In this document: piece after piece, positions 15,663-27,162 of the stretch
Position numbering within the stretch: the first letter of the stretch is position 1
Layout: each line of letters begins with the position of its first letter
NCBI GenBank assembly: GCA_035402765.1
Contig: DAONDX010000005.1
Span: forward strand, 7,304 to 71,303
Direction: 5' to 3'
DNA: 64,000 bases
Source: Candidatus Omnitrophota bacterium
Lineage (GTDB): Bacteria; Omnitrophota; Gorgyraeia; Gygaellales; Profunditerraquicolaceae
Notes under the pieces: model-generated
Databases searched by the model: none
What the model was told of the DNA's origin: nothing
What the model saw: only the letters and a program-made list of their open reading frames with translations
Translations under genes and position numbers: made by a program

Positions 15663-15733
15663 AAATAATTCTTGGAAGCGGCGCAAAGTTTATGTTTTAT
15701 TTTGGAAAAAACTGATTAAGGATTGTGCAAAAT

Positions 15734-16114
15734 ATGATTACTATTGTGATATCCGAGTCAGATGAAGGGAAAGTTAAAGAGCTGCTGAATAAAATACTCA
15801 AGGAAGAAGGTTATGACTTATCCGAGAGTTTAGCCCAGGGGAACGTCATCCGTCTGGCCCACAGGGATAATATCCGGGATTTAGCTTTTATTAAAGACAA
15901 AGCGATTACGCTGGGAGATTCCTGGTATAGTGAAAAAAGAGGCCAATTATATAAATCAGTTTTATTTGAGATTGAGAAACCTTTGATCGAGCATGTCTTA
16001 GAACGCACCGAGGGTAATCAGCTCAAGGCCGCTAAGATCCTAGGTATGAACCGGAATACTATGCGGGCAAAGATTAAGAAATTAGGGATAGATCCTGATC
16101 AATGGAAGATATAA
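15734..16114 (+). CDS. small Fis-family HTH DNA-binding protein (NtrC C-terminal-like)
   Basis: C-terminal GNQLKAAKILGMNRNTMRAKIKKLGI is a Fis-type HTH. No receiver or AAA+ domain. ATG 15734 is preferred over GTG 15725 (RBS AAGGA). Confidence 0.55.
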   Translation: MITIVISESDEGKVKELLNKILKEEGYDLSESLAQGNVIRLAHRDNIRDLAFIKDKAITLGDSWYSEKRGQLYKSVLFEIEKPLIEHVLERTEGNQLKAAKILGMNRNTMRAKIKKLGIDPDQWKI

Positions 16115-16174
16115 TCAGGAATCTCTAAAAAAGCCGCTTTAAGCTTTAAATTAGAAATAAAAGAAGGGAGTTGG

Positions 16175-16897
16175 ATGGACCTCTCAAAGAAAATAAGCAA
16201 ATGGATTAAAGAACAGGTTGATCAGGCCGGGAAAAAAGGTATTGTGGTCGGATTAAGCGGCGGCATTGATTCTGCGGTAACCGCGGTACTCTCTAAAATG
16301 GCTTTGGAAGATAATGTATTGGGATTGATCATGCCGTGCGGTAATCAATCTCAAGATGAGAAATTGGCTCTGGAAATCGCAAAGAAATTCAGCATCCGGA
16401 CCAAGAAAATAAACTTGGCTGCTATCCATAAAGACTTAAGCACGATTCTGCCTCAAGGGAGTGCTTTGGCTATGGCTAATTTAAAGCCCAGATTGAGGAT
16501 GATGATGCTTTATTATTACGCCAATACATTAAATTATTTAGTCGCCGGCACGGGCAATAAGAGTGAACTGGCGATCGGTTATTTTACCAAGCACGGAGAT
16601 GGAGGGTGTGATATCCTTCCATTGGGTGAATTGTTAAAAACTGAGGTCAGAAGTTTGGCAAAAGATTTAAGGATTCCCGGTGTAATTATCCGCAGGCCTC
16701 CTACCGCCGGGCTTTGGAAAGGCCAGACTGATGAGGGGGAGATGGGGGTAACTTATCAAGAGCTCGATAATTGCCTTGAAGCTTTAGAACAGGGAAGGGT
16801 TCCAAAGCTTAAAGATAAAAAACTAACCAAAATAAAGTTAATGATCAAGAACTCTAAACATAAAAGGGATAAGACCCCGATTTTTAAGAAAAAATGA
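16175..16897 (+). CDS. nadE: NH3-dependent NAD+ synthetase
   Basis: PP-loop GLSGGIDSAV. 240 aa, so no glutaminase domain. Confidence 0.85.
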   Translation: MDLSKKISKWIKEQVDQAGKKGIVVGLSGGIDSAVTAVLSKMALEDNVLGLIMPCGNQSQDEKLALEIAKKFSIRTKKINLAAIHKDLSTILPQGSALAMANLKPRLRMMMLYYYANTLNYLVAGTGNKSELAIGYFTKHGDGGCDILPLGELLKTEVRSLAKDLRIPGVIIRRPPTAGLWKGQTDEGEMGVTYQELDNCLEALEQGRVPKLKDKKLTKIKLMIKNSKHKRDKTPIFKKK

Positions 16898-19800
16898 AAC
16901 CATATCATTTTCCTAATAAACAGGGGCTTTATGATCCGCAGTTTGAACACGATGCCTGCGGGGTGGGGTTTGTCTGTAATATCAAAGGAGCCCGGACTAA
17001 TGAAATTATCCGCCAGGGTTTAGAGGTTCTTAAACGGCTGGCACATCGGGGTGCCACCGGCGCAGATCCTCTGACCGGGGATGGGGCAGGTATCCTTATC
17101 CAAATACCGCATGAGTTTTTGCTGAAGGTTTGCCGTGAGATAGCCATCGATCTACCTAAAAAAGGGGATTATGGCACTGGCTTGGTATTTTTGCCTACTG
17201 ATAAAAAAGAGCAGGAGTTTTGTCAGGAAGAATACGCCAGGATTATTGCTGAAGAAAACCTCATACTTCTTGGCTGGCGTCAAGTGCCGGTAAATAATGC
17301 AACCATCGGCATTACCGCTCAACTTACTCAGCCGGCCATTCAACAAATTTTTATTGGTAAAAGCAAAGCATTAACTGATCCTCTGGCTTTTGAACGGAAG
17401 CTCTACGTAGTTAGAAGGCGGATCGAAAATTTAATCCGCAATTCAACGTTAAAGCAAAAATTATTTTTTTACATTACTAATTTATCCTGTCGTACTTTAG
17501 CTTATAAAGGCTTGTTGATGCCGCAGCAATTGGATAGTTTTTTTACGGATCTAAAAGACAGCGATATTAAAAGTGCTTTGTGTTTGGTGCATTCGCGTTA
17601 TTCTACCAATACTTTTCCTACCTGGGATTTGTCACAGCCCTTTAGGTTTCTTGCTCATAACGGAGAAATTAATACTTTGCGCGGTAACGTAAATTGGGTG
17701 AGCGCACGTGAGCGATTATTGGCAAGCGAGTTTTTCGGCGAGGATATTGAGAAAATAAAGCCGGTGATTGTGCCGGGGGGGAGCGACTCGGCGACCATCG
17801 ATAATTTTTTCGAGCTTTTAGTGCTATCCGGAAGATCTCTGGAGCAGGCGATGATGATGTTGATTCCTGCGGCCTGGGAACATGACAACCTTATGAATAA
17901 GAAACTTAGGGAGTTTTATCAATACCATGCTTGTTTTATGGAGCCTTGGGATGGCCCGGCAGCGATTGCTTTTACCGATGGCAAAAATATCGGGGCGATA
18001 TTGGATAGAAACGGGCTGCGGCCTGCCCGTTATATAGTCACTAAAAAAGATTTCGTAGTCATGGCTTCCGAAGTGGGAGTGTTGGATATCGACCCGGCAG
18101 AGATTATGATCTCCGGCCGCCTTGAGCCGGGAAAGATATTTTTTATCGATACCGAAGCTGGTTGTATTGTGCAGGATCAAGTGATAAAAGAAAGCGTGGC
18201 AAAGCATGCCCCATATGGCGACTGGAACGCGAAGAATCTTGTGGATTTGGATGATATTCTTGCAGGCAATATCCCGCAAGAGAAATCAGCGGATTTACTG
18301 CCTCTTTTAAGGGCTTTTGGTTATTCGCGCGAAGATCTTACTTTAATTATCAAGTCTATGGCTCAAGATGGCAAGGAGCCGGTGGGGTCGATGGGATATG
18401 ATACGCCGCACGCCTTTCTTTCTAAAATGCCCCGTATTTTCTATAGCTATTTTAAGCAGCTATTTGCGCAGGTGACTAATCCTCCCATTGATTCTATAAG
18501 AGAAAAACTGGTGATGAGCCTGGAAAGTTTTATCGGGCCTGCGCATAATGTCCTGGATGAGTCCAGCGCGCATGCTCACAAACTGAAAATAAAAAACCCG
18601 ATTCTTAAAAACGAAGAGTTGGAGAAAATCCGGGATATTAGTTTAAATGGATTTAGAACCAAAACCATATTTACTTTTTTTGATGCTAATTTAGGAGTGG
18701 AAGGTTTTAAGCAGGCCCTTGAGAGAATCTGTTTTGAGGCGGAGTACGCGATAGATCAAGGCTATTCATTTATTATTTTGAGTGACCGCGGAGCAGATAA
18801 AGATGCGATTGCTTTGCCTGCGCTTCTGGCGACTAGCGCGATACATCATTACCTGGTGCGTAAAACCAGCCGTTCGCAAGTGGCGATTATCGTTGAAAGC
18901 GCAGAGCCGCGGGAGGTGCATCATTTTGCTTTACTCTTTGGATACGGTGCCGATTGCGTGAATCCCTATCTTGCTTATGAAACCGTTGAATATCTTATAA
19001 AAGAGAACGAGGTTTCGCTTGACTATGAAAGCGCTTTAACGAATTACCATAAGGCTTTAACTGACGGAATATTGAAAATACTTTCTAAAATGGGGATATC
19101 GACATTGAGAAGCTACCGGGGTGCCCAGATATTCGAGGCGCTGGGTTTGGATAATGGGCTTATTGATCAATATTTTACCGGTACGGTTTCACGTATTGCC
19201 GGCGTAAATTTGGAAGGGATTGCCAATGAAACAATCCAGCGGCATCGTGAAGCGTATTGCCTAACCTCACAGCAGCGGCCTTACTTATCCAGCGGCGGGA
19301 TTTATCAATGGAAAAAAGACGGAGAGTTCCATTTGTGGAATCCGGAGAGCATTGCCGCGCTTCAAGATGCCTGTCGCGCAGATAACTATAACAAGTATAA
19401 AGAATTCGCTCTTTTGATCGATGAACAATCAAATCATCCTACAACGCTTCGGAGTTTATTTAATTTTAAGAAAGCTGAAGCAATCCCCCTGGATGAGGTC
19501 GAGCCGGTTGAGGATATTATGTGCCGGTTTGTCACCGGAGCAATGAGTTTTGGTTCCATCAGCGGCTCTGCGCATGAAACTATTGCTATTGCCATGAACC
19601 GGATCGGCGGTAAGTCTAATACGGGGGAAGGCGGCGAAGACCCTAACCGTTTTATTACTTTGCCTAACGGTGATTCCCGCAGGAGCGCGACTAAGCAGGT
19701 TGCTTCCGGAAGATTCGGGGTGACTACCAATTATTTGGTGAATGCGGATGAAATACAAATCAAGATCGCTCAAGGGGCCAAACCCGGTGAGGGCGGGCAA

Positions 19801-21426
19801 TTGCCGGGGCATAAAGTAAGTGAGATTATCGCGCGTACACGTTTTACCACTCAGGGGGTAACTTTGATTTCTCCTCCCCCGCATCATGATATATATTCAA
19901 TCGAAGATTTGGCGCAGTTGATTTTCGATTTGAAGAATGTTAATCCTTATGCGCGTGTGAGCGTCAAGCTGGTATCAGAAACCGGAGTAGGGACGGTTGC
20001 TGCCGGAGTAGCCAAAGGGAACGCGGATATGATTCTTATATCCGGAGGAGACGGGGGAACCGGTGCTTCTCCGCGTTCTTCAATACGCCATGCCGGGCTT
20101 CCCTGGGAACTGGGGGTTGCAGAAACCCATCAGACGCTGTTATTAAATAATTTACGTTCCCGGGTGCGTTTACAGACTGACGGACAGATGCGTACCGGCC
20201 GCGATGTGGCGATTGCCGCTATGTTGGGAGCTGAAGAGTTTGGTTTTTGCTCAAGCGTGTTGGTGGTGATGGGCTGCGTTATGTTAAGACATTGTCATCT
20301 TAACAACTGCTCGGTAGGTATCGCCACCCAGGATAATATTTTACAAAAGAGATTTAAGGGAAGGCCGGAATATATCGTAAATTATTTCCATTTTGTAGCT
20401 CAAGAAGTGCGTCAGATTATGAGCGCATTGGGTTTTAGGACTTTAAATGAGCTGATTGGCAGGACGGATTTGCTCGAAGTTAATACAGAAATCCTGCCGG
20501 AAAAATCCAAAGGAGTGGATTATTCGCGCATACTTTATAAGCCGGAATTGCCGGATGGTGCAAGCAGATTTTGTACTATGAAACAAGAAAATAATCTCGA
20601 TTCGGTGCTGGATAGGAAACTGATTATCTTATGCCGGGATGCTTTGGAGAAGAATAAGCCGGTTACGATAACTCAAGAGATTAATAATACTAACCGTGCA
20701 GTCGGAACAATGCTTAGCGGAGAAGTATGCAGGTCATGCGGCGATGGTGTGCTTTTAGAAGATACCATTACTTGTAAATTTAAAGGTATTGCCGGACAGA
20801 GTTTCGGCGCGTTTCTGGCTAAGGGGATTACTTTTGAATTAGAAGGGATGAGCAATGACTATGTAGGCAAAGGTATCTCCGGCGGGAAAATTATTATTTA
20901 CCCATCAACGAGGGCGCAAATTAAGCCCGATGAGAATATTATTATCGGTAATACCAGTTTTTATGGAGCTATTTTCGGTGAGGCTTACATTTGCGGGAAG
21001 GCGGGAGAGAGGTTTTGTATCAGAAACTCCGGCTTGTATGCTGTAGTTGAGGGTGTGGGTGACCATGGGTGTGAATATATGACCGGGGGCCGGGTAATTG
21101 TTTTAGGTGAAACCGGCAGGAATTTTGCCGCCGGGATGTCCGGAGGTATCGCGTATGTATATGATGAAAATAAAACCTTTAAAGAACGTTGCAATCAGGA
21201 CATGGTCAGGCTGGAGGCGGTAAAAGGTGATGATTTGGATACGATTTATCAGCTGCTGCATAATCATCTGAAGTATACCAAAAGTATAAAGGCGGAAAAA
21301 ATTATCGATAATATGCGCAAAGAACTTAAGAAATTTGTTAAGGTTATACCTATAGAATATAAGCGGATACTCGAAGGCAAGATTATCGAAGAGCAGCTGG
21401 ATCTAACGGAGAAATCCGATGGGTGA
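16894..21426 (+). CDS. gltB: glutamate synthase large subunit
   Basis: N-terminal CGVGFVCNIKG amidotransferase Cys. FMN and Fe-S domain motifs. 1510 aa. Confidence 0.95.
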   Translation: MKPYHFPNKQGLYDPQFEHDACGVGFVCNIKGARTNEIIRQGLEVLKRLAHRGATGADPLTGDGAGILIQIPHEFLLKVCREIAIDLPKKGDYGTGLVFLPTDKKEQEFCQEEYARIIAEENLILLGWRQVPVNNATIGITAQLTQPAIQQIFIGKSKALTDPLAFERKLYVVRRRIENLIRNSTLKQKLFFYITNLSCRTLAYKGLLMPQQLDSFFTDLKDSDIKSALCLVHSRYSTNTFPTWDLSQPFRFLAHNGEINTLRGNVNWVSARERLLASEFFGEDIEKIKPVIVPGGSDSATIDNFFELLVLSGRSLEQAMMMLIPAAWEHDNLMNKKLREFYQYHACFMEPWDGPAAIAFTDGKNIGAILDRNGLRPARYIVTKKDFVVMASEVGVLDIDPAEIMISGRLEPGKIFFIDTEAGCIVQDQVIKESVAKHAPYGDWNAKNLVDLDDILAGNIPQEKSADLLPLLRAFGYSREDLTLIIKSMAQDGKEPVGSMGYDTPHAFLSKMPRIFYSYFKQLFAQVTNPPIDSIREKLVMSLESFIGPAHNVLDESSAHAHKLKIKNPILKNEELEKIRDISLNGFRTKTIFTFFDANLGVEGFKQALERICFEAEYAIDQGYSFIILSDRGADKDAIALPALLATSAIHHYLVRKTSRSQVAIIVESAEPREVHHFALLFGYGADCVNPYLAYETVEYLIKENEVSLDYESALTNYHKALTDGILKILSKMGISTLRSYRGAQIFEALGLDNGLIDQYFTGTVSRIAGVNLEGIANETIQRHREAYCLTSQQRPYLSSGGIYQWKKDGEFHLWNPESIAALQDACRADNYNKYKEFALLIDEQSNHPTTLRSLFNFKKAEAIPLDEVEPVEDIMCRFVTGAMSFGSISGSAHETIAIAMNRIGGKSNTGEGGEDPNRFITLPNGDSRRSATKQVASGRFGVTTNYLVNADEIQIKIAQGAKPGEGGQLPGHKVSEIIARTRFTTQGVTLISPPPHHDIYSIEDLAQLIFDLKNVNPYARVSVKLVSETGVGTVAAGVAKGNADMILISGGDGGTGASPRSSIRHAGLPWELGVAETHQTLLLNNLRSRVRLQTDGQMRTGRDVAIAAMLGAEEFGFCSSVLVVMGCVMLRHCHLNNCSVGIATQDNILQKRFKGRPEYIVNYFHFVAQEVRQIMSALGFRTLNELIGRTDLLEVNTEILPEKSKGVDYSRILYKPELPDGASRFCTMKQENNLDSVLDRKLIILCRDALEKNKPVTITQEINNTNRAVGTMLSGEVCRSCGDGVLLEDTITCKFKGIAGQSFGAFLAKGITFELEGMSNDYVGKGISGGKIIIYPSTRAQIKPDENIIIGNTSFYGAIFGEAYICGKAGERFCIRNSGLYAVVEGVGDHGCEYMTGGRVIVLGETGRNFAAGMSGGIAYVYDENKTFKERCNQDMVRLEAVKGDDLDTIYQLLHNHLKYTKSIKAEKIIDNMRKELKKFVKVIPIEYKRILEGKIIEEQLDLTEKSDG

Positions 21427-22864
21427 GATAAGAGGTTTTTTAAAATTTGCCAGAAAAAATAATCCCAGCCGTCAGGTCTGTGAGCGGGTTAAGGATTATA
21501 ACCAGGTTGCTATTCCCAGGCTTGATGCGATAGCGCAAGAGCAAGCCGCGCGGTGTATGAATTGCGGTACGCCTTTTTGCCACTCTGCCTGCCCGATCGG
21601 AAATTATATTCCGGAGTGGAATGATTTTATGTTTCGCGGTAACTGGAAAGCAGCGCTTGCTTTGCTGGAGGCTGCGAATAACCTTCCTGAAATCACCGGC
21701 CGGTTGTGCCCGGGGTTATGCGAATATGCCTGCGTGCTGGGTTTAAATGATGACGCAATAACCATCCGCGAAAATGAACTTTCGATTATCGAATTTGGTT
21801 TTAAAAATGGCATGCTTACACCCTTATGCAAAAGCAATCCTACGGGTAAAGAAGTTGCGGTCGTTGGCAGCGGGCCGGCAGGTTTATCAGCCGCTGCGCA
21901 ATTGAATAGGGCCGGCCATCGGGTAACTGTCTTTGAAAAGGATGATGCTGTCGGAGGGATTTTACGTTACGGGATCCCGGATTTTAAGCTGGAAAAACAC
22001 CTAATCCAGCGGCGTATCGATTTATGGAAAAAAGAAGGAATTGTTTTTAAAACCGGCATTGAGGTAGGTAAAGATTACCCCGGGAAAAAACTTTTAGTGG
22101 ATTTTGATGCCGTATGCCTGGCGTTGGGCAGTCGTCAACCTCGGGATCTTCCTATCGAAGGCCGCGATTTAAAAGGGATTCATTTTGCGATGGATTATTT
22201 AACGCAATCAAATAAGCGCATTGCTGGTAAAAAAATCGAGCCGAAAGACTTAATTGACGCTAAAGGTAAAAAAGTAGTAATAATCGGTGGAGGAGATACG
22301 GGGGCCGATTGTCTAGGTACTGCGCATCGCCAAGGAGCATCCTGCGTGGTACAGATTGAAGTAATGCCGCGCCCGGCAGAATGCCGGACACAATCTTTTC
22401 CCTGGCCGAGCTATCCTTTATTGCTTAAAACTTCTTCCAGCCACCAAGAGGGGGGAGAACGCCACTGGGCAGTGCTGACTAAACGTTTTATCGGAGCAAA
22501 CGGGCAAGTTAAGAAGCTGGCGTGTGTAAGAACCGAATTCACGAAAACTGAAAGTGATAGCTGCCCGGTAATGCGTGAAATTAAGGGAAGCGAATTTGAG
22601 ATCGAGGCGGATTTAATTATTATTGCCGTAGGTTTTTTACATACATCCAGATCCGGAATCTTGACTGATCTTGATGTGGCAATCGATCAGCGGGGAAATG
22701 TAAAAACCGATGCGCTATATAAAACTTCAGTGAAAAAGGTTTTTGGCTGCGGCGATATGCGCCGCGGGCAATCTTTGGTCGTCTGGGCGATCTCAGAAGG
22801 CCGGCGTGCAGCTTATTGTATTGATACCTATCTGATGGGTAAAAGCAATTTGCCGCTTATGTAA
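21419..22864 (+). CDS. gltD: glutamate synthase small subunit (NADPH)
   Basis: Cys clusters CMNCGTPFCHSACP. Dinucleotide-binding VAVVGSGPAGLSAAAQL and IIGGGDTGADC motifs. Confidence 0.9.
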   Translation: MGEIRGFLKFARKNNPSRQVCERVKDYNQVAIPRLDAIAQEQAARCMNCGTPFCHSACPIGNYIPEWNDFMFRGNWKAALALLEAANNLPEITGRLCPGLCEYACVLGLNDDAITIRENELSIIEFGFKNGMLTPLCKSNPTGKEVAVVGSGPAGLSAAAQLNRAGHRVTVFEKDDAVGGILRYGIPDFKLEKHLIQRRIDLWKKEGIVFKTGIEVGKDYPGKKLLVDFDAVCLALGSRQPRDLPIEGRDLKGIHFAMDYLTQSNKRIAGKKIEPKDLIDAKGKKVVIIGGGDTGADCLGTAHRQGASCVVQIEVMPRPAECRTQSFPWPSYPLLLKTSSSHQEGGERHWAVLTKRFIGANGQVKKLACVRTEFTKTESDSCPVMREIKGSEFEIEADLIIIAVGFLHTSRSGILTDLDVAIDQRGNVKTDALYKTSVKKVFGCGDMRRGQSLVVWAISEGRRAAYCIDTYLMGKSNLPLM

Positions 22865-22920
22865 CGGCTCAACCTGTCAGATGCCCCGGTGTCTGGCTGA
22901 TTGCAGGAGGAGGATTTATT

Positions 22921-25551
22921 ATGATAAGTACAGGGATAAAAGGGTTAGATACGATTCTTACCGGTCTAAGGGCCGGAGACAATGTGGTTTGGCAGATTGA
23001 CGATATTAAGGACTATGTCCAATTGGTAGAACCGTTTGTCCAAGAGGCTTTAAAAGAAAAAAAGAAAGTCATTTATATGCGTTTTGCGGCGCATAAAGAA
23101 TTACTTAAGCCTTCTAAACAGATAAAACGTTATGAGTTGAATGCCCGGGCGGGATTTGAGTCGTTCACTACCAAAATCAACACGATTATTACTCAAGAAG
23201 GCCAGGACGCCTATTATGTGTTCGATTGTCTTTCTGAACTGCTTTCTGCCTGGGCCACTGACCTGATGATCGGGAATTTTTTCATGGTCACCTGCCCCTA
23301 CCTTTATGAGCTTAAGACCGTCACCTATTTTTCACTTTTACGCAACAACCACTCTTTTAAATCTATCGCCCGTATTCGTGAAACCACGCAGTTATTGATC
23401 GATGTTTATCACAGCGGGGGTGTTTTTTATATTCACCCACTTAAGGTGTGGAACCGGTATTCACCGACGATGTTCCTGCCGCATCAAAAGAAAGGTGCAG
23501 CCTGCATTCCTGTGACCGATAGCGTAAATGCGGCAAAAGTGTTGTCTTATATCCACAAAAAAGGTATCCAGAACGCCCAGAGAAATCTAGATTATTGGGA
23601 TCGCTTATTTCTCGCTGCTGAAGAGTTGCTTAGAAAAAACGGGACGCAAGATAAAAAACAAAGAATGGTTAAAGAATTTTGCGGCCTGATGATTACCAAA
23701 AACAAAAAAATCCTGGCATTAGCGATGCGCCATTTCTCGCTTGAAGAGCTGGTGGAGATAAAATCCCGTTTAATCGGCACGGGTTTTATCGGGGGCAAAA
23801 GCGTGGGCATGCTTTTAGCCAGACAAATACTTGCTAAAAACTCTGCGCTGGATTGGCAGTCAGTTACCGAGCCGCACGATTCATTTTATATCGGATCGGA
23901 TATATTCTATTCCTATATTGTTCAGAATCACTGGTGGAAGCTGCGGATGCAGCAAAAGACCGAAAATGGGTATTTTTCTGTAGCAAAAATTCTCAAAGAG
24001 AAGATGCTTTACGGTGTATTTTCCGAGGAGATTATGGAAGATTTCCAACAAATCATAGAATACTTTGGTACTTCTCCGATTATTGTGCGTTCGAGTTCGC
24101 TTCTGGAAGATGGGTTTGGTAATGCTTTTGCCGGAAAATACGAGAGCATATTCTTAGCTAACCAGGGGACTCCTGAGCAGCGGTATATTCAGTTCGCTGA
24201 GGCGGTAAAAAAAATCTATGCCAGTACGATGAATGAAGATGCCCTCACTTACCGTAAGCAACGGGGTTTGGATAAACTAGATGAACAGATGGCGCTTCTG
24301 GTGCAGCGGGTTTCAGGCAGCCCGCATAAGCAGTATTTTTTTCCGGATATCGCCGGAGTAGGAGTTTCATATAACACTTATGTGTGGAATGATGTTATGG
24401 ACCCCAAGGTAGGAATGCTGCGTCTGGTGTGCGGGTTAGGAACCCGGGCCGTGAACCGCGTGGAGGGTGATTATCCCAGGATGGTGGCGCTGGATAATCC
24501 TTTACGACGCCCTTATTCCGAACGTGATGACGTAAAAAGGTATTCGCAGCGCGCAGTAGATGTTATCAACATTAAGGAAAATAACTTATCAACGGTCACT
24601 TTCGATAGCCTGATTAAAGAAAGGTCTTATCCCCATCCGGAGCGTATCGCCACTAAAGATTATGATGCTATGCGGATGATGGATGAAAGAGGGATCCAGA
24701 CGGAAGAATCATGGATACCGACTTTCGATAATTTGTTTCAGGATTCGCTCTTTGCAGGTTACTTTAAAAAGATTATGGAATCCCTAAAACAGGTTTACCA
24801 GTATCCCGTGGAGATAGAATTTACGGTGAATTTTACCGCTAACAACACTTTTAAAATAAATCTTTTGCAATGCCGTCCTTTGCAAACACGGGGATTGGGC
24901 AGTAAAGTAGAAATTCCATCCCAGATAAATAAAGATGATATCTTTTTTGAGTCCAATGGGTATTTTCTGGGAGGAAATATTTCGCAGAAGATATCTTGGG
25001 TTGTAAACGTTGATCCCGAAAGATACAGTTTGCTCAATTTACAGGATAAATACGAGGTTGCGCGGATCGTGGGTAAAATAAACCGCACCATCCAGAACAA
25101 AGAGGAATTGCCGACTTTGATGATCGCGCCGGGGCGTTGGGGTACCACTACTCCGTCGTTAGGCGTGCCAGTAAAGTTTGCCGAGATAAATAATGTTACC
25201 GTACTCACCGAAGTCGCCTCGGACAAAGGCAATCTTATGCCGGAGTTATCCTTCGGCACGCACTTCTTCCAGGATTTAGTGGAGACGGGCATATTTTTTG
25301 TTGCGTTATTTCCTGAAAGAAAAGGAGTGGTATTTAATAATAAGTGGCTGAAAGAATTAAAAAATCTGTTTGTGGATCTTATCCCCGAATCACCCAGGTT
25401 TAAAGACGTAATCGGGGTCTATGGTGTCGGTGATAGAAATTTAAAGATTATGTCAGATGTCGTATCGCAAAAGGTTGTTTGTTTTGGGTCTAAAAAAGAA
25501 TTTCCAAAACCTGAAGAAAAAGTTTTGGAAAGCGCAAAAAGGGGGAGTTAA
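22921..25551 (+). CDS. KaiC/RecA-like (P-loop-less) N-domain + PEP/pyruvate-binding (PPDK_N-like) domain protein
   Basis: N-terminal [23 protein letters not shown] resembles the KaiC/RadA fold but lacks a Walker A. Central [13 protein letters not shown] and ATP-grasp-like PPDK_N segments. 876 aa. Confidence 0.5.
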   Translation: MISTGIKGLDTILTGLRAGDNVVWQIDDIKDYVQLVEPFVQEALKEKKKVIYMRFAAHKELLKPSKQIKRYELNARAGFESFTTKINTIITQEGQDAYYVFDCLSELLSAWATDLMIGNFFMVTCPYLYELKTVTYFSLLRNNHSFKSIARIRETTQLLIDVYHSGGVFYIHPLKVWNRYSPTMFLPHQKKGAACIPVTDSVNAAKVLSYIHKKGIQNAQRNLDYWDRLFLAAEELLRKNGTQDKKQRMVKEFCGLMITKNKKILALAMRHFSLEELVEIKSRLIGTGFIGGKSVGMLLARQILAKNSALDWQSVTEPHDSFYIGSDIFYSYIVQNHWWKLRMQQKTENGYFSVAKILKEKMLYGVFSEEIMEDFQQIIEYFGTSPIIVRSSSLLEDGFGNAFAGKYESIFLANQGTPEQRYIQFAEAVKKIYASTMNEDALTYRKQRGLDKLDEQMALLVQRVSGSPHKQYFFPDIAGVGVSYNTYVWNDVMDPKVGMLRLVCGLGTRAVNRVEGDYPRMVALDNPLRRPYSERDDVKRYSQRAVDVINIKENNLSTVTFDSLIKERSYPHPERIATKDYDAMRMMDERGIQTEESWIPTFDNLFQDSLFAGYFKKIMESLKQVYQYPVEIEFTVNFTANNTFKINLLQCRPLQTRGLGSKVEIPSQINKDDIFFESNGYFLGGNISQKISWVVNVDPERYSLLNLQDKYEVARIVGKINRTIQNKEELPTLMIAPGRWGTTTPSLGVPVKFAEINNVTVLTEVASDKGNLMPELSFGTHFFQDLVETGIFFVALFPERKGVVFNNKWLKELKNLFVDLIPESPRFKDVIGVYGVGDRNLKIMSDVVSQKVVCFGSKKEFPKPEEKVLESAKRGS

Positions 25552-25553
25552 GG

Positions 25554-27155
25554 ATGGCCAAATACATTTTTATAACCGGCGGGGTTATTTCAAGTTTAGG
25601 CAAAGGTATAGCCAGCGCTTCGATCGGGAAAATTTTAGAGTCGCGGGGTTTAAAGGTTGCTTTGATGAAACTTGATCCTTATATCAATGTTGACCCCGGA
25701 ACTATGAACCCTTATCAACATGGCGAGGTCTATGTTACTGAAGACGGAGCAGAAACAGATCTGGATCTGGGGCATTATGAACGTTTCACGAATACGCTTT
25801 CATCAAAGTTTAATAATATAACGACCGGGCAGATTTATAACAGTGTAATCTCCAGAGAAAGGAAGGGAGATTATCTAGGTAAAACCATCCAGGTTATTCC
25901 GCACATTACCGATGAAGTGAAAAACAGGATAAAAAAATGCGCGGAGGTTTCCAAGGCGGATATTGTTATTGTTGAGATAGGCGGCACAGTGGGGGATATC
26001 GAAAGCCTGCCTTTTCTGGAAGCGGCCAGACAATTCAGGCTGGATATGGGTTATGATAATGTGCTTTATATTCATCTAACCCTGGTACCATATATTAAGG
26101 CCGCAGAAGAGGTAAAAACCAAACCCACCCAGCATAGCGTGGGTACTTTGCGCGGGATAGGGATTATTCCGGATATTTTAATCTGCCGTACGGAAAAACC
26201 GTTGTCGGAGAGTGTTAAAGAGAAGATTTCTTTATTCTGTAATGTAAAAAAAGAAGCGGTGATCGAATCCCCGGATATGGAATCAATATATCAGGTCCCT
26301 TTAGTTTTTAAAAAACAAATTCTGGATGAAATAATTTTAAGCCATTTTAAGCTGATCTGTAAGTTTTCGGATTTAAAAGAATGGGAGCATGATGTTGTAA
26401 ACAGAATGCTTAATCCGGAAAACCGGGTTACCATTGCTGTGGTGGGAAAATATATCGAACTTCAGGATGCTTATAAGTCAATATATGAAGCGCTTGTCCA
26501 TGGCGGTATCTATAATGATACTAAAGTAGAAATAAAAAAAATCGATTCTGAAATTCTGGAAAGATCCGGGATAGAAAGAATAATGCAGGGTATTTCGGGA
26601 ATTCTGGTTCCCGGAGGATTCGGCTACCGGGGGATCGAAGGCAAAATTAAAGCCGTTAAATTCGCCCGGCTGAACAAAATTCCTTTTCTGGGACTTTGTT
26701 TAGGGATGCAGTGTGCGGCGATAGAGCTGGCCAGAGATATTTGTAATTTGCCCGGGGCAAATTCCTCGGAATTTAAAAAAACAAAATATCCGGTTATCAG
26801 TTTATTGGAGGAGCAGGAGGGGGTTTCTGATTTAGGCGGAACGATGCGTTTAGGCGGCTATCCCTGTAAGATTAAAAAAAATACCCTGGCGGCTAAGGTA
26901 TATGGTAGGATGCTTATTCAGGAACGCCACCGCCACCGCTATGAATTCAATAATAAATACCGGAAAATTTTTGAGAAAAAAGGCGTGATTTTTTCCGGGA
27001 TATACCCTAAGAAAAATTTAGTTGAAATAATTGAACTGAAAGGGCATCCTTATTTTATTGCGGTACAGTTCCACCCGGAGTTTAAATCTAAACCGGATAA
27101 GGCGCATCCTTTGTTTAAAAAGTTTATCAAAGCTGCGTTAGAGAAGGCAGGATAG
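25554..27155 (+). CDS. pyrG: CTP synthase
   Basis: [25 protein letters not shown]. GATase Cys in GLCLGMQ. Confidence 0.95.
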   Translation: MAKYIFITGGVISSLGKGIASASIGKILESRGLKVALMKLDPYINVDPGTMNPYQHGEVYVTEDGAETDLDLGHYERFTNTLSSKFNNITTGQIYNSVISRERKGDYLGKTIQVIPHITDEVKNRIKKCAEVSKADIVIVEIGGTVGDIESLPFLEAARQFRLDMGYDNVLYIHLTLVPYIKAAEEVKTKPTQHSVGTLRGIGIIPDILICRTEKPLSESVKEKISLFCNVKKEAVIESPDMESIYQVPLVFKKQILDEIILSHFKLICKFSDLKEWEHDVVNRMLNPENRVTIAVVGKYIELQDAYKSIYEALVHGGIYNDTKVEIKKIDSEILERSGIERIMQGISGILVPGGFGYRGIEGKIKAVKFARLNKIPFLGLCLGMQCAAIELARDICNLPGANSSEFKKTKYPVISLLEEQEGVSDLGGTMRLGGYPCKIKKNTLAAKVYGRMLIQERHRHRYEFNNKYRKIFEKKGVIFSGIYPKKNLVEIIELKGHPYFIAVQFHPEFKSKPDKAHPLFKKFIKAALEKAG

Positions 27156-27162
27156 AAAAAAA

